A stretch of 63,917 nt of DNA, filler included, from Welwitschia mirabilis (lineage: Eukaryota): NCBI GenBank assembly GCA_051453625.1. It is 10 parts of one record of this genome, joined end to end, with 100 filler letters (N's around TTAATTAATTAA, not from the genome) between each part and the next. Parts side by side here need not be neighbours in the genome. Positions count along the whole stretch, not along the records: positions 20,712 to 24,791 come from JBOZIK010000001.1; positions 24,892 to 28,440 come from JBOZIK010000001.1; positions 28,541 to 49,891 come from JBOZIK010000001.1; 7 more parts are not named here. One strand, given 5' to 3'. The notes beneath the pieces were generated by a model, which saw only the letters and a list, made by a program, of their open reading frames with translations, was not told the DNA's origin and did no database searches. The translations under genes and the position numbers were made by a program. Positions 20,712 to 34,434 of this stretch are shown here, one piece after another (position 1 is the first letter of the stretch; every line of letters starts with the position of its first letter).

Positions 20712-23700
20712 CAAGTACTTGTAAGGATAAAAATAAAGTAATGAGATGAGTAACAAAGGAAGAACATGCAAAAATAACTAATTACTCACACCATTGAAAG
20801 AGAACAAAAGAACTAAGACATATTCCTTCAAAATGAAGTTCATAGAAATATTAATGTCTAAAGATTGGATGAAGCCAATCGTATTATCTAAAATTCCCAA
20901 GTAAAATATTACTAATTATGGAAACTTCATAAGCAAATACATAAGTCAAGTTAAAAATATTCAAGTGATAACATAATGTTTACTTAAGGAATGAGTTAAG
21001 AAGGAATTTAGATAATGGCAAAAGGAATGCCCTTCTCATTAAGAGGGGCTTCCAAAATAAGTGGTTCTATCACGTTCAAGGTTTTGTTAGAAAATGACTC
21101 AGAAATTTTAACCTTTAGTCATTAACTTTTTGAATTTCTCTACTATTTGGATTGGAGATTTTAACTGATCCATTTGAATGTACTTTTTCTATAAAGGACC
21201 AAACCATTTAAAAGTTAGCTTGTTGTGTAAAAGATGTACTTAGGTGTTATACAAAAGGACAAGTTGACCACATTCAAATTACTTATGAAAAATTTTTTTA
21301 TTATGTCTGTACTTGGCTTGAGCTTTATGAATGAGTTGATAATGTAAAGCATAAGTACATTTTCTATCTAAATGATTAAGTTGAGCTAATCAAGTTTTAA
21401 GATTTTCATCAAAATTTAGAAGTTTAAGTTGATGGATGGATCGATAAATATTAAACATCAACTGACAAAACAAAAACTTTTCTGTACACAAGTTCATATA
21501 GTGAGAAACCTAGAGAGTTACGCCAAGTAGTACGCTAGGCATAAAGAACATCATTAAGTTTAGAGGACCATGTTTTCCTATTAACAAATACTAATTTTTA
21601 GAGCATCTTTTTAATTTCTATATTTGCATTTTCACTTTAGCCATTAGTTTAATGGTAATAAGCACATGCAATTCTATGTTTAACACCAATGGATAAAAGA
21701 CATTTTCGAAAAAGTTTTTAATGAAATGAGTTTCTTGATCACTAATGATAATTCATGAAAAACCAAAATGTTGAAAGATATGAGTTTGAACAAAATTGCA
21801 AATAGTTCAGGCATCATTTTTCATAGTAGAAATAGCTTCAACCCACTTAGTAACATAATCGACTACTACAAAGATATAATTTTTGTAATGAGAAGGTGAT
21901 GTAATTAGGCTTACAAAGTCAATTCTCCAATAATCAAAAGGTTCACATTCAAGTATAAGTTTGAGGGGCATATCTTAAGAATGAGTTAGGCTACCATAAT
22001 GTTGACATGCATCACAACTTCTAGAAACATCAAATGAATCTTTGAAAAAAGTAAGCCAATAAAAACCAAAGTGAAAATTTTTCATGGTTGTATTTTGGCC
22101 ACTAAAGTATCTCCTATTAGATCGAGAACCCTAGAGAAAGGGGTGAATAGGTTTGTTACAAAAACTTTAATCTCAAAACAACCTAACAAAATCTAATCAT
22201 AGATTGCATATAAATGAATAATGAAATCAAGATCATGCATAAAAAAAAAAAAAAAAATAGAATGTAAACCATAAAACAGAAACTACCAATTTGGATGCAC
22301 GAAAGATTTATAGTGGTTCAGAAACTTCCCTACTCCACTCTCAATGATCATCTTCTTCCAAGCTTGATCTCAGATCTCTGTTACTTCACAGATTTTGCTA
22401 GGCTTACCTATTAACCCTTACAAGCAGACTTTTATAGGCTAAGTCTCAACCTTAACAATGGAATTTTGTAGGCTAATTCTCATCCTTTGATAACGGACTT
22501 TTGTAGGCTAAGTCTCAACCTTTGACAATGAATCAAAGTGATGCAATGAAGCGTTCATAGCTCTGATATCACTTGTTCAGTATCAGTACATAGAATGAAG
22601 CTCTTCTCCAAATGAATACAGTGATGANNNNNNNNNNNNNNNNNNNNNNNNNNNNNNNNNNNNNNNNNNNNNNNNNNNNNNNNNNNNNNNNNNNNNNNNN
22701 NNNNNNNNNNNNNNNNNNNNNNNNNNNGTGAATAGGTTCTTTAAAAAATCTTTAAGCTCAAAACAACTTAATAAAATCTAATCATAGATTACATATAAAT
22801 GAATAATGAAATCAAGATCATGCATACAAAGGATAAATAAAAATAGAATGTAAACCATAAAATAGAAACTACTAGTTTGAATGCATGTAGGATTTATAAT
22901 GGTTCGAGAACTCCCCTACTCCACTCTCAACGATCAGCTTCTCCTAAGCTTGATCTTAGATCTCTGTTACTTCATAGGTTTTGCTAGGCTCACATATTAA
23001 CCCTTACAAGTAGACTTTTACAGGATAAGTCTCAATCTTTACAACAAACTTTTGTAAGTTAAGTCTCAACCTTTGACAACGAACTTTTGCAGGCTAAGTC
23101 TCAACCTTTGACAATAAATAGAAGTAATGCAATAAAGCCTTTATAGCTCTAATATCACTTGTTCAGTATCAGTACATAGAATGAAGCTCTTCTCCAAATG
23201 AATACAGTGATGAGGTCCTTAGATCTAATTCTGAGGGATGTCTTAATCCAAGAATAGATCTCCTCAATCAGATATGAATTAGTATAAAAGATATCCCAAT
23301 GCGATATGCTACTTAATATTTTAGATCCACAATGAATATACTAATTTGAAAATGTGCCAAAAGATCTCTAAGTCATCTCTTGCCTAGGTATTTATAATGG
23401 AGGGTTACTAGGATCTCATACAATTGAATTATGCCTCCAACAGCTACAAATGACTAGAAAATAGCTAGGTAATGACTAAGTAATGGATACATAATGTCTA
23501 CAACTTTTAATTTTTCGTACTGTCTGGTTGACCCTACAAATATCTGGTCAATCCCATAGGAACTTGGTTGACTCCATCCTGGGTCTGGTCGATCCCTTGT
23601 CTCTCAGTCTAGAACTATAAACTTTGTTAGCTTCTCAGGTTCGATTGACCCCATCTTGGGTTTGGTCGACCCCTTGTCTCTTAGTTTGGGACTTGACTAT

Positions 23701-26700
23701 TAGCTCCTCAAATCCGATCAACCCCATGAATATCTAGTCGACCCCATTCCTCTTAGTCGGGTACTATTAGTTCTTGAGATCACAGGTTCGGTCGACTTCT
23801 TCATAATCCGGTCGATCCCTCTAGGTTCAATTCACCTCTTTTATCTACTTCAAGTGTGGTTGACCCCTCTAGGATCTAGTCGACCCCCACTAAAGGTAAA
23901 CATAATTAAGTAGTTTCATTTATGTATTTTGGTCCACATCTTTCACCTGTATAACTCAAACTCATCTGCACACAATATGTAACAAATTTGCACTACACTA
24001 GAGGAATTAGTTTGACATCAATTAGCAAATATAATCTAACAATCTCCCCCTTTTGACATTGATGGCAAAAAATTTAATGATTTCAAAGATTTAAACAATG
24101 TAAACTCATTTACTAAACATTTNNNNNNNNNNNNNNAAAAGTTAAAAAGATCCCCCTTATATCAAGACATATATGTATGTAAGCAAAAGGTAAGATAGGT
24201 AATCTTTTCTCTCCCTTTGACTAAATAGCACAAAATATTAAAAATTACAATAAAAAGATCATATTAAATTTAATATTGAATTGAAAGCACTACATCTTCT
24301 CTCCCCCTTTGACATCAATGGCAAGTAATAATCATGTTTATGCACTTTTGAAACATATTCTCCCCTTATGTTTTTACCAAATGATAAATAGTAATAAGCC
24401 AAAAATTCTTAACACATATTGAGCCATTTTTAATAGATCAATTATGCTTTTAAATGAGATAATCTTGAATATGCACAAAATTCTAGCAAAATTACTGATC
24501 AAAATAACACTTATGAATTACATATTTAAATGATACCTATTTGAAAACAAACTATAATACCTATTTGCTTGAGATGATAATTTTAATTTTGTTATAAAGA
24601 ATATAGCATTTAATAATATCAAAATAATATAAAGATTAAGCTCAAATATAAGACTGAATTTCATTAACAAAAATAAACTATTACAATGTTCCATACTGAG
24701 CAAGAAAGAAAGAAGTGCTCATTAAGAGCAGATATCTGAAAAATTCCACAAAGAAAGGCACAAAACTCTCTTTTTGATAACAAGATCAAAANNNNNNNNN
24801 NNNNNNNNNNNNNNNNNNNNNNNNNNNNNNNNNNNTTAATTAATTAANNNNNNNNNNNNNNNNNNNNNNNNNNNNNNNNNNNNNNNNNNNNGTCGACCGC
24901 TCCAACATCCGATCGACCCTTCGAGACACGGGTTTACAGTACTGGAAGCGAATCATAGATCCGGTCAACCGCCCTGCAATCAGTCAAGGAATAGTGTACT
25001 GAACTCTAGATCACTTTATGAGAGATAGAATGATTATCAGAACTGAAGTTTACATCATAATTGATAGAAAAACATTAATTTGATCACTATCTTTCCTAAA
25101 TTATTGATTTGTATGTATTGACTGATCTAGAATTTCAATATCTAAACTATAAGCATTATCAACACGTTTTGCACATAAAATAACAACATTTGTTTTCTCA
25201 TTCTCAACTATACATTTAGATTTATCAAATATTATTCTATTTCCTTTGTCACACAGTTGAATAACGCTTAATAAATTGTGTTGTAAGCCATTTACATAAA
25301 GTACATTATTGAGATTAGATGACATACCTCTTTTGATGCTTTCGGTATCTTCTATTTTTGCTATTTGGTTATTACCAAAAATTACTTCTTCACCATTTAT
25401 GCTCTTTAACCTTTAAAAACTTGATTTATCTCTTATTATATGCATTGAACAACTGCTATCTAAATACTAGCTTTTCACATGATATTCTCTATAATTTATC
25501 TGTGACACAAAGCTTTAGAGATTATTAGTTTTAATCCACTTAGTCTTATTTGACTTAGGTGGTATATTCGTCTTTGGGATAAATTTAAATGGTAAATCAC
25601 TCACATGATCAGAGGTAAACATCACATATCTAAATTTGTAGAATAGTTTAGAATAACCAAGTCTATCACAAAAATTGCATAAGATATTAGACACAAACTT
25701 ACTTGTTTAGTTTACCTCTTTTTGAGAAATCTGTGCTTTAAATCCANNNNNNNNNNNNNNNNNNNNNNNNNNNNNNNNNNNNNNNNNNNNNNNNNNNNNN
25801 NNNNNNNNNNNNNNNNNNNNNNNNNNNNNNNNNNNNNNNNNNNNNNTAAACAAGTCTATCACAAAAATTGCATAAGATATTAGACACAAACTTACTTGTT
25901 TAGTTTACCTATTTTTGAGAAATCTGTGCTTTAAAACCAATACTTGATTTGTCTCTATTTTGCTTTTATATTCTAAGCATCTATTCCAGTTTAAATGAAC
26001 TATCAGAAAACTTATTTATAAAGAATGAAATATCATTTACTTAAGTATTTAACCTAAAGTTATCAGCTTTGAGAACTTTGCACTTTTCTTTTACTTTCTG
26101 CTTTTCTTTTGTGATGGTCTTCACTAATTTATTCAATTCATTGATTCTTTTGGCAAGCTTTTCATATTCTTCATATAATTCTTGACATGTTACTTCTAAC
26201 TCATCTTCCTCCTCATCAATTATATCTAGGTCATCTGATGTTGAAGTACTAAGTACATTCTTAAGAGATGATACTAGAGCCATGAAAGATAATCTCCTTT
26301 CTCTATCTGGTCCATGATCTGAGTAGTTTTTTTCATCTTCATCATATTCATTATCTTAAGTTACCATTAATGAGGTGTTTTTAGGCTTCTGCATTCTCTT
26401 CTGGTGTTGGGACGTTCATTGTCCATATGTCCAAATCCTTTGCATGAATAGCACTGGATTTCTTTTCCATTATCTTGTTCTCTTCTTTGTTTCGGATTTC
26501 TTTTTNNNNNNNNNNNNNNNNNNNNNNNNNNNNNNNNNNNNNNNNNNNNNNNNNNNNNNNNNNNNNNNNNNNNNNNNNNNNNNNNNNNNNNNNNNNNNNN
26601 NNNNNNNNNNNNNNNNNNNNNNNNNNNNNNNNNNNNNNNNNNNNNNNNNNNNNNNNNNNNNNNNNNNNNNNNNNNNNNNNNNNNNNNNNNNNNNNNNNNN

Positions 26701-29700
26701 NNNNNNNNNNNNNNNNNNNNNNNNNNNNNNNNNNNNNNNNNNNNNNNNNNNNNNNNNNNNNNNNNNNNNNNNNNNNNNNNNNNNNNNNNNNNNNNNNNNN
26801 NNNNNNNNNNNNNNNNNNNNNNNNNNNNNNNNNNNNNNNNNNNNNNNNNNNNNNNNNNNNNNNNNNNNNNNNNNNNNNNNNNNNNNNNNNNNNNNNNNNN
26901 NNNNNNNNNNNNNNNNNNNNNCAAATCCTTTGCATGAATAGCACTGGATTTCTTTTCCATTATCTTGTTCTCTTCTTTGTTTCGGATTTCTTTTTCTTGG
27001 ATTCCTGCTTGGTTCTCCTTCCCTTTTCCTATAGAGAAATCTTTTAAAGTGTCTAATTAGAAGATCCACCTTATCATCATCAAGTTTCTCATCCGATCTG
27101 TTAGATCTGTAATCCTCCTACACACATTTCAAAGCAATACCTTTTCTTCTATCTTTAGTAAATTTAGATTCATAGGTTTGAAGGTTACCTTGAAGTTCTT
27201 CCAATGCCATTGCGTTGATATTTTTGCTTTCTTCAATGGCTATTATTTTTAGTTCAAATCTCTTAGGTAGGGATCTTAGCACTTTCTTTACCACTTTGCT
27301 TTCTTCCATACGTTCTCTGAGGCTTGCCATTGAATTTACTATATCTGTAAGTCTAGCAAAAAATTCCTACAAGGTTTATTCATCATTCATATGCTGTCTT
27401 CAAATCTAGAAATAAGCATTTGCAATTTTTCTTATTTAATAGTGGATGTTCCTTCATGTGCAACTTCCAAAATATCCCAATCTTCTTTTGCATCGTTACA
27501 ATTCATAATTCTTTTAAATTCATCTACACATACTGCATCAAAAATAGCATTAAGAGTATGAACATCTATTGTGGCTTTAGTTTTATCTACGGGAGTTCAT
27601 TAGTCTCTAGATTAGGGAACCAAAATAGTATTTTCATTTGCATCTATCTGGGCTATCATGGGCACAGTATGATCTTTGTAAATAGCCTTTTCTATATTGG
27701 CATTTAGGAATCTAAGAAAAATCCTCATCCTAGCTTTCCAATACGAATAGTTTGAACCATCAAACATGGGTGGATGAGCAGTTGAAAATTCATCAGTTGG
27801 GTTACTCATTTTTAGGGTTTCTAAGTCTAGATATGTAAAAATATCTCAAAGACTAACCTATGCTCTAATACCAAATGATAGGATCAAGAACCCTAGAGGG
27901 GGAGGGGGTGAAAAGGTTTTAGACAAAAATTTTAAGCTTAAAATAACTTAATAAAATCTAATCATAGATTGCATATAAATGAATAATAAATTCAAGATCA
28001 TTCNNNNNNNNNNNNNNNNNNNNNNNNNNNNNNNNNNNNNNNNNNNNNNNNNNNNNNNNNNNNNNNNNNNNNNNNNNNNNNNNNNNNNNNNNNNNNNNNN
28101 NNNTTAAGCTTAAAATAACTTAATAAAATCTAATCATAGATTGCATATAAATGAATAATAAAATCAAGATCATTCATATAAAGAATAAATAAAAATAGAA
28201 TGTAAACCATAAAACAAAAACTACTAAGTTGGATGCATGCAGGATTTATAGTGGTTTGGGAACTCCTCTACTCCACTCTCAACGATCAACTTCTCCCAAG
28301 CTTGATCTTGGATCTCTGTTACTTCACAAGTTTTTTGAGGCTCACCTGTTAACCCTTACAAGCGGACTTTTATAGGCTAAGTTTCAACCTTAACAACGGA
28401 CTTTTGCAGGCTAAGTCTCAACCTTTGACAATGAACTTTTNNNNNNNNNNNNNNNNNNNNNNNNNNNNNNNNNNNNNNNNNNNNTTAATTAATTAANNNN
28501 NNNNNNNNNNNNNNNNNNNNNNNNNNNNNNNNNNNNNNNNTCCACTTTTTTTAGAACTACTATTAAAGAACTAACCTGATTACTATCTAATATGGCACAT
28601 ATGATTCCGACATTTATAATTTTAATAATTTCATCTTTAACGATTTTCTTAAGGGTTGGGTTGAGCCTTCTTTAGGGCTTCCTAACAAGTTTATCATTAT
28701 CTTCAAGGTAAATCTTATGTTGAACTATGGAAAGAGGAATGGTAGCTAAAACTTTATGTATCCAAGCAAAGGTATTTTCTTTCAAAGTTAAGAGTGAGAT
28801 TAATTTTGATTCTTATTGGGGAGTAAGAAGGTCACTGATTATCAATGGTTTCATTTAATTTTTGGATAGGCAAATATATTTTAAACCTTGGGGTAATTTC
28901 TTAAGTTTAAGGCTCAAATTTTCAGATGTTGTCCCATCTATTGTGGGAACAACATATGTGGGATGACACTCTGCAAAAAGGTTTTCTACCAAGTAAAAAA
29001 ATTGAGTTCTTCCCCAACCAATGTGTTCTTCATCCCTAGACTTAAGATAGTGTGTTTCAGTGTGGTCATCATATAAAGTTGGTTCATGTACTATGATCAA
29101 TCTCTCCTCAATTAGTTAATGTTGTAAAAACAAGATTGCTTTTATTTCATCTTCAAGGCTAAACTCAGTTCCTATGTCCTTTTCAGCAGCATAAAAAACT
29201 GTTTGTTGTCAAAATGACATCTCATCATCCTAGATCATGTGTTAATGATACAATGGGCAGTTGCACAAAAGGGTCTTTATAAAAGGAGTGCATAACCTCC
29301 ATCATGTTCTATCTTAATCATGACAACATCTATGGTGTAAAAAGCTTCCTTAATTTAGATAACTAGATCCTTGATAATTTTTAATGGTTTCTTGATTGAG
29401 GTATTAGGCACTTCTAAGATAATTTGTGTAGGTTCTATTCTATTNNNNNNNNNNNNNNNNNNNNNNNNNNNNNNNNNNNNNNNNNNNNNNNNNNNNNNNA
29501 TGTTAATTAAAGCTTTTTGAATTCTTTTGTTTCCTTCTAAAGTAACGCTTATAGTTGCAACTTCATGGTCTTTGAATTTAGAACACTTTTTCATAACTAA
29601 GTTGGAAAGAGATTGAGTAAGAAAAACTTTATTAAGAATGATATGTTTTTACTTTATTCTTACTAAGTCCTTCCACAACTTAGAATATTTAGGATTTCCT

Positions 29701-32700
29701 TACAAGAGTTTCTAAAAATGCAAGCTGATGTTACCTCTTGCATCAAAGTTTTCAAGCGATCATCAAAGGTAGGATTTGTATTCAATTGATCAAGCTAAGG
29801 AGTGAATGATTTTTTCCCTTTTCTTTTTTGTGAGGCATTTTTAGTGGAGGCTTTACTAGATGATATTGATGAAAAGTTGTATGAATCCAAAATTTCTATA
29901 TCATCCTATTCATTCATTTCATTGTTTTTAGAAGTTGAAACCTCATGGATAAGAGGTATTGTATCATTTTCACTTCATGTTACTACCCTCAAATCTTTCT
30001 TAACTTTATTTAGATTGGGTATTGTGGTCTTTGATTGGTAAGCATTATTTGTTAGAGTAAATTTACTAAATTCTCAATGTTTTTATTAGTTTGTTCTTAT
30101 ATTTTCTCATCTCTTCTATGTATTCCCTAAGTGCATCATTTTGATTTTGTTGAAAATTAGGTTAAAAATTGGAATTTCTGAATTTATTTTCAAAAGGTTT
30201 CTATTGAGATTATCCACCCAATCTTTGTTGTAATTGTGGTTGGCTTTTAAAATTAGGTGTTCTTTTATTGAAAGTATAAACTTTCTTAAACATNNNNNNN
30301 NNNNNNNNNNNNNNNNNNNNNNNNNNNNNNNNNNNNNNNNNNNNNNNNNNNNNNNNNNNNNNNNNNNNNNNNNNNNNNNNNNNNNNNNNNNNNNNNNNNN
30401 NNNNNNNNNNNNNNNNNNNNNNNNNNNNNNNNNNNNNNNNNNNNNNNNNNNNNNNNNNNNNNNNNNNNNNNNNNNNNNNNNNNNNNNNNNNNNNNNNNNN
30501 NNNNNNNNNNNNNNNNNNNNNNNNNNNNNNNNNNNNNNNNNNNNNNNNNNNNNNNNNNNNNNNNNNNNNNNNNNNNNNNNNNNNNNNNNNNNNNNNNNNN
30601 NNNNNNNNNNNNNNNNNNNNNNNNNNNNNNNNNNNNNNNNNNNNNNNNNNNNNNNNNNNNNNNNNNNNNNNNNNNNNNNNNNNNNNNNNNNNNNNNNNNN
30701 NNNNNNNNNNNNNNNNNNNNNNNNNNNNNNNNNNNNNNNNNNNNNNNNNNNNNNNNNNNNNNNNNNNNNNNNNNNNNNNNNNNNNNNNNNNNNNNNNNNN
30801 NNNNNNNNNNNNNNNNNNNNNNNNNNNNNNNNNNNNNNNNNNNNNNNNNNNNNNNNNNNNNNNNNNNNNNNNNNNNNNNNNNGAAAGTATAAACTTTCTT
30901 AAACATCCTCTCCTTACAAGTTAGTAACAAAGGAGACTCTTTAATTAGATGAGAGTTATCTTCACAAATTTCAAAATTTGAAGTTGAGTTTTTATACTTT
31001 ACAACTTTTGCATCATCTATCATTTATGTATACTTTTCTAAAAAAGTAGTAAAATCTTTCATCAAGTTGGTTGAGTCCTCTCTTTCTTTTTCCTTATCAT
31101 GTTTAATCTCTTTTAAATCTTTTAAGGTTTAGCCTATAGTTCGATTTTCCTTAGTGGATTTNNNNNNNNNNNNNNNNNNNNNNNNNNNNNNNNNNNNNNN
31201 NNNNNNNNNNNNNNNNNNNNNNNNNNNAAACAAGTTGCCTCCACAAGAAAAGTCTACTAGTTGTTTAGTTTGAGTATTCAATCCACTATATAAATAATCA
31301 ATTAGCTCTTTCTTACGAAATTCATCAATAGTTTTGGAATGACTAGCTATGATAAAATATTCATAAGATGTTGCATAATCCTCATGAGGTTGTTTTTGAA
31401 TCTATTTCTTTTTTTTATAATGAAAATTTCACTTAAAAATCATTTGATAATCACTTCTTGCACTTGACTTCAAGATTTAATCCTTTTATGTGGAATAGTT
31501 TTAAGCTAAATTTTTGCTCTTCCTCTGAGTGTGACTAGAAAGATAATCATGTAGATACACTCACTAATATATTTTTTTTTCCATTCCCTAAGGTAAGCCC
31601 AAGTTATTCAATGTTAGCTAAATATTGGAAAGGGTCTTCATTAGGTTCCCCTGAAAAAGTTGGATATGCACTTAAATTTATTACTTCTACATCATCTTCC
31701 AGAGGTATATCAAAGGGATTTTGAATTTCACGTTTTCTAGTAGTAAGTAAATCTCTAAGAGTAATGTTTGCATTTAAGGAATGAGTTCCTATTATGATAT
31801 GAGTATTAGACGAAGCAACTTGCTTTTATTTTAGTGATGATTTCGATGCATTTGACATATTTGAAGAAGAAATAACATGATCTACTTCTATACTATAATT
31901 TTCTTTTGCAAAATTGGATTATGAAATAATAAAAGCAGAAAGTTTTCTTCTTCAATTCTGGGAATGTGTGTACCTAGATTTAGCTTGAAGTCGAATAATC
32001 CTTCTTTGATGTTTTTTTTGATCAAGTTCCACTCTCTTTGATATTTTGCCTTATCAAAATTCATCATGTCCCTGCATGCTTAAATAATAAACAAAAAAAA
32101 AAAAGAAATAAAAAATAACAGATTGTCATCCACCTAGTCATGGGGACGATAGGAGGATGACGATCAAAGTAATAGAAAACCAAAACTCAAAAAAATTACT
32201 AAAGCAAAAAACCAGACTATCGTCCAAGCTATCGTGGGGATGATAGAAAAGATGACAGTAATTTTATTATTGAATTATGAACAGAAGAAAAATGGCGAGA
32301 GCAAAAATTAATTTCAAAATTACAGAACTATCATGCCCAATATTGTTGGGATGATAGGAAGGACGACAGGGTTCCTAAAAACTATGGAAAATAAAATTTA
32401 TTGAAATAAACCTATTCTAAGTTATACTAAAAATACAACACTAATTCAAATAAATAACCTAAACAAAAAATTCGAGGTACTTATCTGGTTAGCAACAATT
32501 CTCTAGCTCCTTATGCCTTTCTTGGCAATGACACCAAAATGTTGCTGTGTGAATTTATACAATCCTAAAGTCCTTTAGGTAAATCTATAAATCAAATTAC
32601 TTGCAGAAAAACACACACTAGTATAGACAAGAGTTTATCCAAATGTCATAATCCTAATGAAGGCACTAGGCTTAGAGTTTGAGAATTGATTTCCAAGGGT

Positions 32701-34434
32701 GTTTTTAGTCTTTTATCTTTTAATAACTAAAAGAAAATAACAAAGTAAAATGCAATGCAAAGTAAATTGAGATGAAATGTAGATGGAAGTGGAATGAATT
32801 CTATTGGATCTTAATCCTCTTGTCACAAGAACTAGTTTCTTTATAATTTAAATCAATTAAAAAGAGTACTTAACTTATTCCTAATTAATGTGAACTATGA
32901 GATATACGAAATAGAATATAAAATGCAATGTAGAATGGAAATGGAATAATAATGAAAATCTAAACTAACTAAAGTCAACCTTGATAAAGGTTTCCCTTAT
33001 GATCTAAATAAATTACAAAATCATTACTTAGACTATAACCAACTTAAACCATAAGGGATATAAACAGAATTGGAATGAAAAGTGTAATTATATTGATTCA
33101 AAGTACTTTACACCCACTTACAACAAAGTAGTAGCACCTTAATGGAANNNNNNNNNNNNNNNNNNNNNNNNNNNNNNNNNNNNNNNNNNNNNNNNNNNNN
33201 NNNNNNNNNNNNNNNNNNNNNNNNNNNNNNNNNNNNNNNNNNNNNNNNNNNNNNNNNNNNNNNNNNNNNNNNNNNNNNNNNNNNNNNNNNNNNNNNNNNN
33301 NNNNNNNNNNNNNNNNNNNNNNNNNNNNNNNNNNNNNNNNNNNNNNNNNNNNNNNNNNNNNNNNNNNNNNNNNNNNNNNNNNNNNNNNNNNNNNNNNNNN
33401 NNNNNNNNNNNNNNNNNNNNNNNNNNNNNNNNNNNNNNNNNNNNNNNNNNNNNNNNNNNNNNNNNNNNNNNNNNNNNNNNNNNNNNNNNNNNNNNNNNNN
33501 NNNNNNNNNNNNNNNNNNNNNNNNNNNNNNNNNNNNNNNNNNNNNNNNNNNNNNNNNNNNNNNNNNNNNNNNNNNNNNNNNNNNNNNNNNNNNNNNNNNN
33601 NNNNNNNNNNNNNNNNNNNNNNNNNNNNNNNNNNNNNNNNNNNNNNNNNNNNNNNNNNNNNNNNNNNNNNNNNNNNNNNNNNNNNNNNNNNNNNNNNNNN
33701 NNNNNNNNNNNNNNNNNNNATGAAAAGTGTAATTATATTGATTCAAAGTACTTTACACCCACTTACAACAAAGTAGTAGCACCTTAATGGAAGAGACTCA
33801 GCCTAACACTAAGGGAACTCATCTCTGTAGCTACTGGATGGACCTCTTGTCATTCAATGTTCTGTCACAAAAATATCAGGTATAAAAAATGAAAATAAAA
33901 ATGAAGGAGGGGAAGGACATTCATAGTTTTACATCAAAGTTCTAGAAGCTCAATCTTAGAAGTCAAAAAAGAAACTCTAACAACCCAAATGGTTCGCTTG
34001 ACCCCATTATAAAGATAATTCTTTTCGACCATAGAAAAACAGTTGTTGTCTTGACTATCGTGAGGAGGATAGAGGGGATGTCACTCCACATCAAAAGGCA
34101 CTCCATCAACTTCAGGCCCTGTTGTCAACCCCGCAGCTTTTGTCCATGTCAGCAGTGTTGTCATCTTGCCTATCGTGGGGATGACAAAGGGGACGACAGG
34201 CTTCCTTAGCTTCAATCTCAAAGGTAAATTAGTCTTCTGCATGGTGAATCCTTCTTTCAAGTATGCAGTGTCAAAATAAGCCTGATAAACCTCCAAATAT
34301 GCTAAAAATTGCATGTTTCAATGATCATCCTATCAGATCTCCATAATCATTAGTATTACATCCAATACTATATAAATATTCTGCAAAAACACTTGACATA
34401 CACCATCAAATTCTTACAAATTGGCATCGCAACA
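20712..34434 (-). mobile_element. Athila-like Ty3/gypsy element (5' LTR, PBS, gag, protease, RT start, integrase) with a nested SIRE; 3' LTR not assembled
   Basis: 5' LTR at 32540-34434 (TGTTGC...GCAACA). PBS relic at 32519-32536 (TGGTGTCATTGCCAAGAA vs Athila-type TGGCGCCGTTGCCGGGGA). gag about 31250-31700. Protease region KALIN about 29500. RT start at 28541-28860. Integrase YIFVVVDYVTKWVEA at about 21835-21880. Confidence 0.8.
22115..28440 (-). mobile_element. SIRE/Sirevirus copia element with gag and protease but no visible integrase or RT, nested in the Athila integrase
   Basis: 5' LTR from 27876, with PBS gctctaatacca at 27862-27873 (iMet type). gag MSNPTDEFSTAHPPMFDGSNYSYWKARMRIFL at 27809 and IQCYSCKGFGH. 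Protease YLDSSCSMHI near 25440-25470. Repeated PPTs (ctccccctttgac) at about 24044, 24208, 24301 and 24360. 3' LTR at 22115-24041 with the C-rich end motif. Confidence 0.85.

Noticed and set aside
22420-23120. 35-bp repeats (acttttgtaggctaagtctcaacctttgaca) as a CRISPR-like array
   Set aside because: They are head-to-tail with no unique spacers and recur inside every copy of this SIRE LTR.
26430-26995. Direct repeats flanking gaps (also 25660/25850, 27933/28104, 33075/33720, 50826/51358, 52567/52735, 55562/55691)
   Set aside because: Near-identical sequence on both sides of N runs is typical of unmerged contig overlaps.
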